64,000 nucleotides of DNA from Lingula anatina. Its lineage: Eukaryota > Animalia > Brachiopoda. A program made the translations under genes and the position numbers. The stretch lies in assembly GCA_051362555.1 (NCBI GenBank), contig CM120646.1, positions 19,034,001-19,098,000 on the forward strand, read 5' to 3'. Under the pieces are notes generated by a model. It saw nothing but the letters and a program-made list of their open reading frames with translations. It ran no database searches and was not told the DNA's origin. Below, piece after piece: positions 61,401 through 64,000 of the stretch (position 1 is its first letter; each line of letters begins with the position of its first letter).

Positions 61401-63025
61401 CATCAGTCAGTCTTCTCTTACAAGAAACTATCAGTAGACTGTGCCATGATTGCATGGAGAAGTATGCAGATACTAAGTACGTAAATAATGTTGAAATTAT
61501 TCACTTTTAACTTTTTCAAATTGATCATTATCAGACACTCACAAAAATGTCTTTTTTTTTTACATGAAGCCAAATCAATTTTGAAACACATAATTCAACA
61601 TTTCCATGCAATATTAACAAAATTTGATTTTAAGAAGATATTATTAATTTTGTTAGAATCTATTTAGTTTTTACCGTATCATCAGACTGTGATGTTAAGT
61701 AGTGGTGAAGCCATGTATATCAATTCAAACTAATGCAGACAGACAGACACGCAAATCAAAAGACAGTATCCCTTTTCAATTATTATTATTATTATTTTTT
61801 TTTTACAAAATAAATTAATAAATTAAACTAATTAATGCTTAGTAAAAAGTGTACTACAAGTGAAATCAAGAATGTATTAATTATTTCTGGTATAACATAT
61901 ACAAGTAGCACATTACTGATTGAAAAAGAAATGTTGTCCCAAATTAGTACCCTCTTTCACACCAATGTTCAGCAGACCACTTAACAATTATTCTTGATGA
62001 AAAAAAAAAGCAGTAAATTTTTAAACACATACCTGCTTTGGTTTTCACATAAACTGTACCATACTTGACAGTTCTTCCAATGATTTTACCCGTTAGATCC
62101 TGGAGACACACACAAAAAAAAAGAGATATTACACAAATAACAATCATGGGAATATTGGGTGTATCAATAGAAATCTGTTAATCTGGGTGGGAAAACAAAG
62201 TCCTGCACCAGATTAGCGGACTGTCATATGCTACATTCATAAGCCACATTAACTACACACAAAATGTCACATTTCTCTTCAAGGCTTTATGTACATGGCC
62301 CCCTAAAAAAAATACAAAAACCTTCCTGACAGGTTGTTCTTTCAACTCTGTGTGCCTGCAGGCGACCGTATCCCTCAGGCAGCGAGATTTGAAGAGCAGT
62401 TGACTTTTTCCTTTTGTCTGTGTTTTTGGGGCAGAAAAATCCCCCCAAAGGTTACCACAATAATAAGCAGCCTGGAGTTATGACTGACAACATGGTGGAA
62501 GCTGGAAGGAACACCCAGTACATATTGCCTTGGGGGATAAGATGGATCTCAGGCTATATTTAGGCAATTGTCACCCCTGGGGGTGTGGGGGAGGGGGAGG
62601 GGTTAGCACAATAATAAGCGGCCTGGAGTTATGACTGACAACAAGGGGGGGGGGGGGGGGGGGGGGAGCTGGACAGACTTGCCAAGTACAAACTGCCGCA
62701 AGGCACAAGGTATCAAACTCTGTTTAGTCAACTGTCACCCTGTGGCAAGAGGAGAGGGGAGAGGGAGAAATACTTCACTCAGATCAAAAAGATGTAATGA
62801 GCTCTGGGGCTGAGTGGAGATGCTAGGCGGGGGCAAGGGAGGGGGTATAATCTTAACTTCAAATTGTTTTGTGCCCCATAGTGGCTGTATTCACCACATG
62901 TACATATGGGACATCACCATAATTGTTGTTGTAATTTTGAAAACATGTTTTAGTTTCATTACAAACAAATTCATCTCTCAAGTCCAGAGTCAATGCTTTA
63001 TGATATAATATATTATCAAGACTAA

Positions 63026-63250
63026 GACCCCATTCCCATATATTTTAGATCGATCTATCCTTATGGGGAGTCTCACTAGATTACTGTCAGCTTAGCCCGC
63101 TTAAGCGTCTGTCCCGCCTACTAAAAGCTGTAAGGGGGTAATTAACTATGGTGCATGCTCGGCTGACTGCAATTTAGCGTGAACCCCCAGGGAGTTAGGT
63201 CGATCTAAATCTAAATCTCTGGATCGATCTAAATCTCTAGGAATGTACCC
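63026..63250. mobile_element. Harbinger-like MITE with TAA TSD
   Basis: TAA|gaccccattcc...tttagatcgatc ... gatcgatctaaatctctaggaatgtaccc|TAA, imperfect TIRs. Confidence 0.6.
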
Positions 63251-64000
63251 TAAATGACATACTAAGCTTATGCAGCATTTAAAAATTATTCTTAATTCTA
63301 TATCAAGTAACAAACTGCTCACAGCAACTGACAGAAAGATTTCAACTGGATGTCAAACCTATGAATTTCAAATATCATTTTCAGTTCTCTACTGCTTTCT
63401 CCTTTTCCACATCCTACTTGATGGAAAACATTGCCAGTACGCTGACAGTGACAGAAATTTCAGAAACAGACATCAAAAGATTTGCTGTCAGGAAATTCCG
63501 CAAATATGCACTGAGGTTTTTTGTTGTTTCCCTTTTCTTTTTGGTACTGCTTATTCACTGATTAAAATCAAACAATGGGCTATCTTTCTTGTCCAATGAT
63601 ATGCCAAACATTCCTGGCAGTTTATTCACAATATTTTCCAGGAACAACATATTGCCTTTCTTTTTCAAGGTGCGAGGACGAATATTTGCTATAAGTGAAT
63701 GAGTCCAAAATCTGAAATTTCTTTGTATTGGATAAAATCAGAAAAGTTGTCATTATGTTTTTTTTTTATCAATAAAAATAAAATTAGGAAGAAGAAGAAG
63801 AACCAACTTGTAATCGGCTAAAAATTGAGAACTGTCTCCAGAACCATATCATGTATTGTCAATGACAACAACAATAACTTCAATTTCAGTCAATCAGAAT
63901 CAGCCATTTGTCTGTAAGTTTAAACTTTCCTATATTTCTATAAATCCAATCATGATAATATTAACATTACTAACAACAACAGCACTGGATTGTTGACCAC

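Overview
AT-rich animal genomic DNA, probably a mollusc or other lophotrochozoan (inferred from the repeat families and the CpG pattern). Most of the window is one minus-strand Kirre/Neph (KIRREL/Roughest/SYG-1)-family adhesion gene. I assembled 14 constitutive coding exons by hand (27684->6959, 685 aa): signal peptide, 5 Ig domains, TM and a Tyr/Pro-rich tail ending in STNV. It has a 3'UTR of about 2.6 kb and a probable first intron of about 28 kb running to a CpG-rich promoter near 56 kb. Just downstream is an intronless type II membrane FkbM-family methyltransferase (3323->2280), then a possible degraded PAN/F-type lectin gene on the plus strand. The introns hold Helentron-type HINE elements, several MITEs and old LINE fragments. 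The most notable observation is a set of frame-preserving phase-1 microexon candidates absent from the ORF track: 18 nt inside Ig1, two 21-nt Cys-encoding exons in the juxtamembrane stalk whose spacing suggests mutually exclusive splicing, and 24 nt in the cytoplasmic tail. Together they suggest a combinatorial splice code for this recognition molecule. All exon calls come from splice signals and frame logic only; no transcript data were available.
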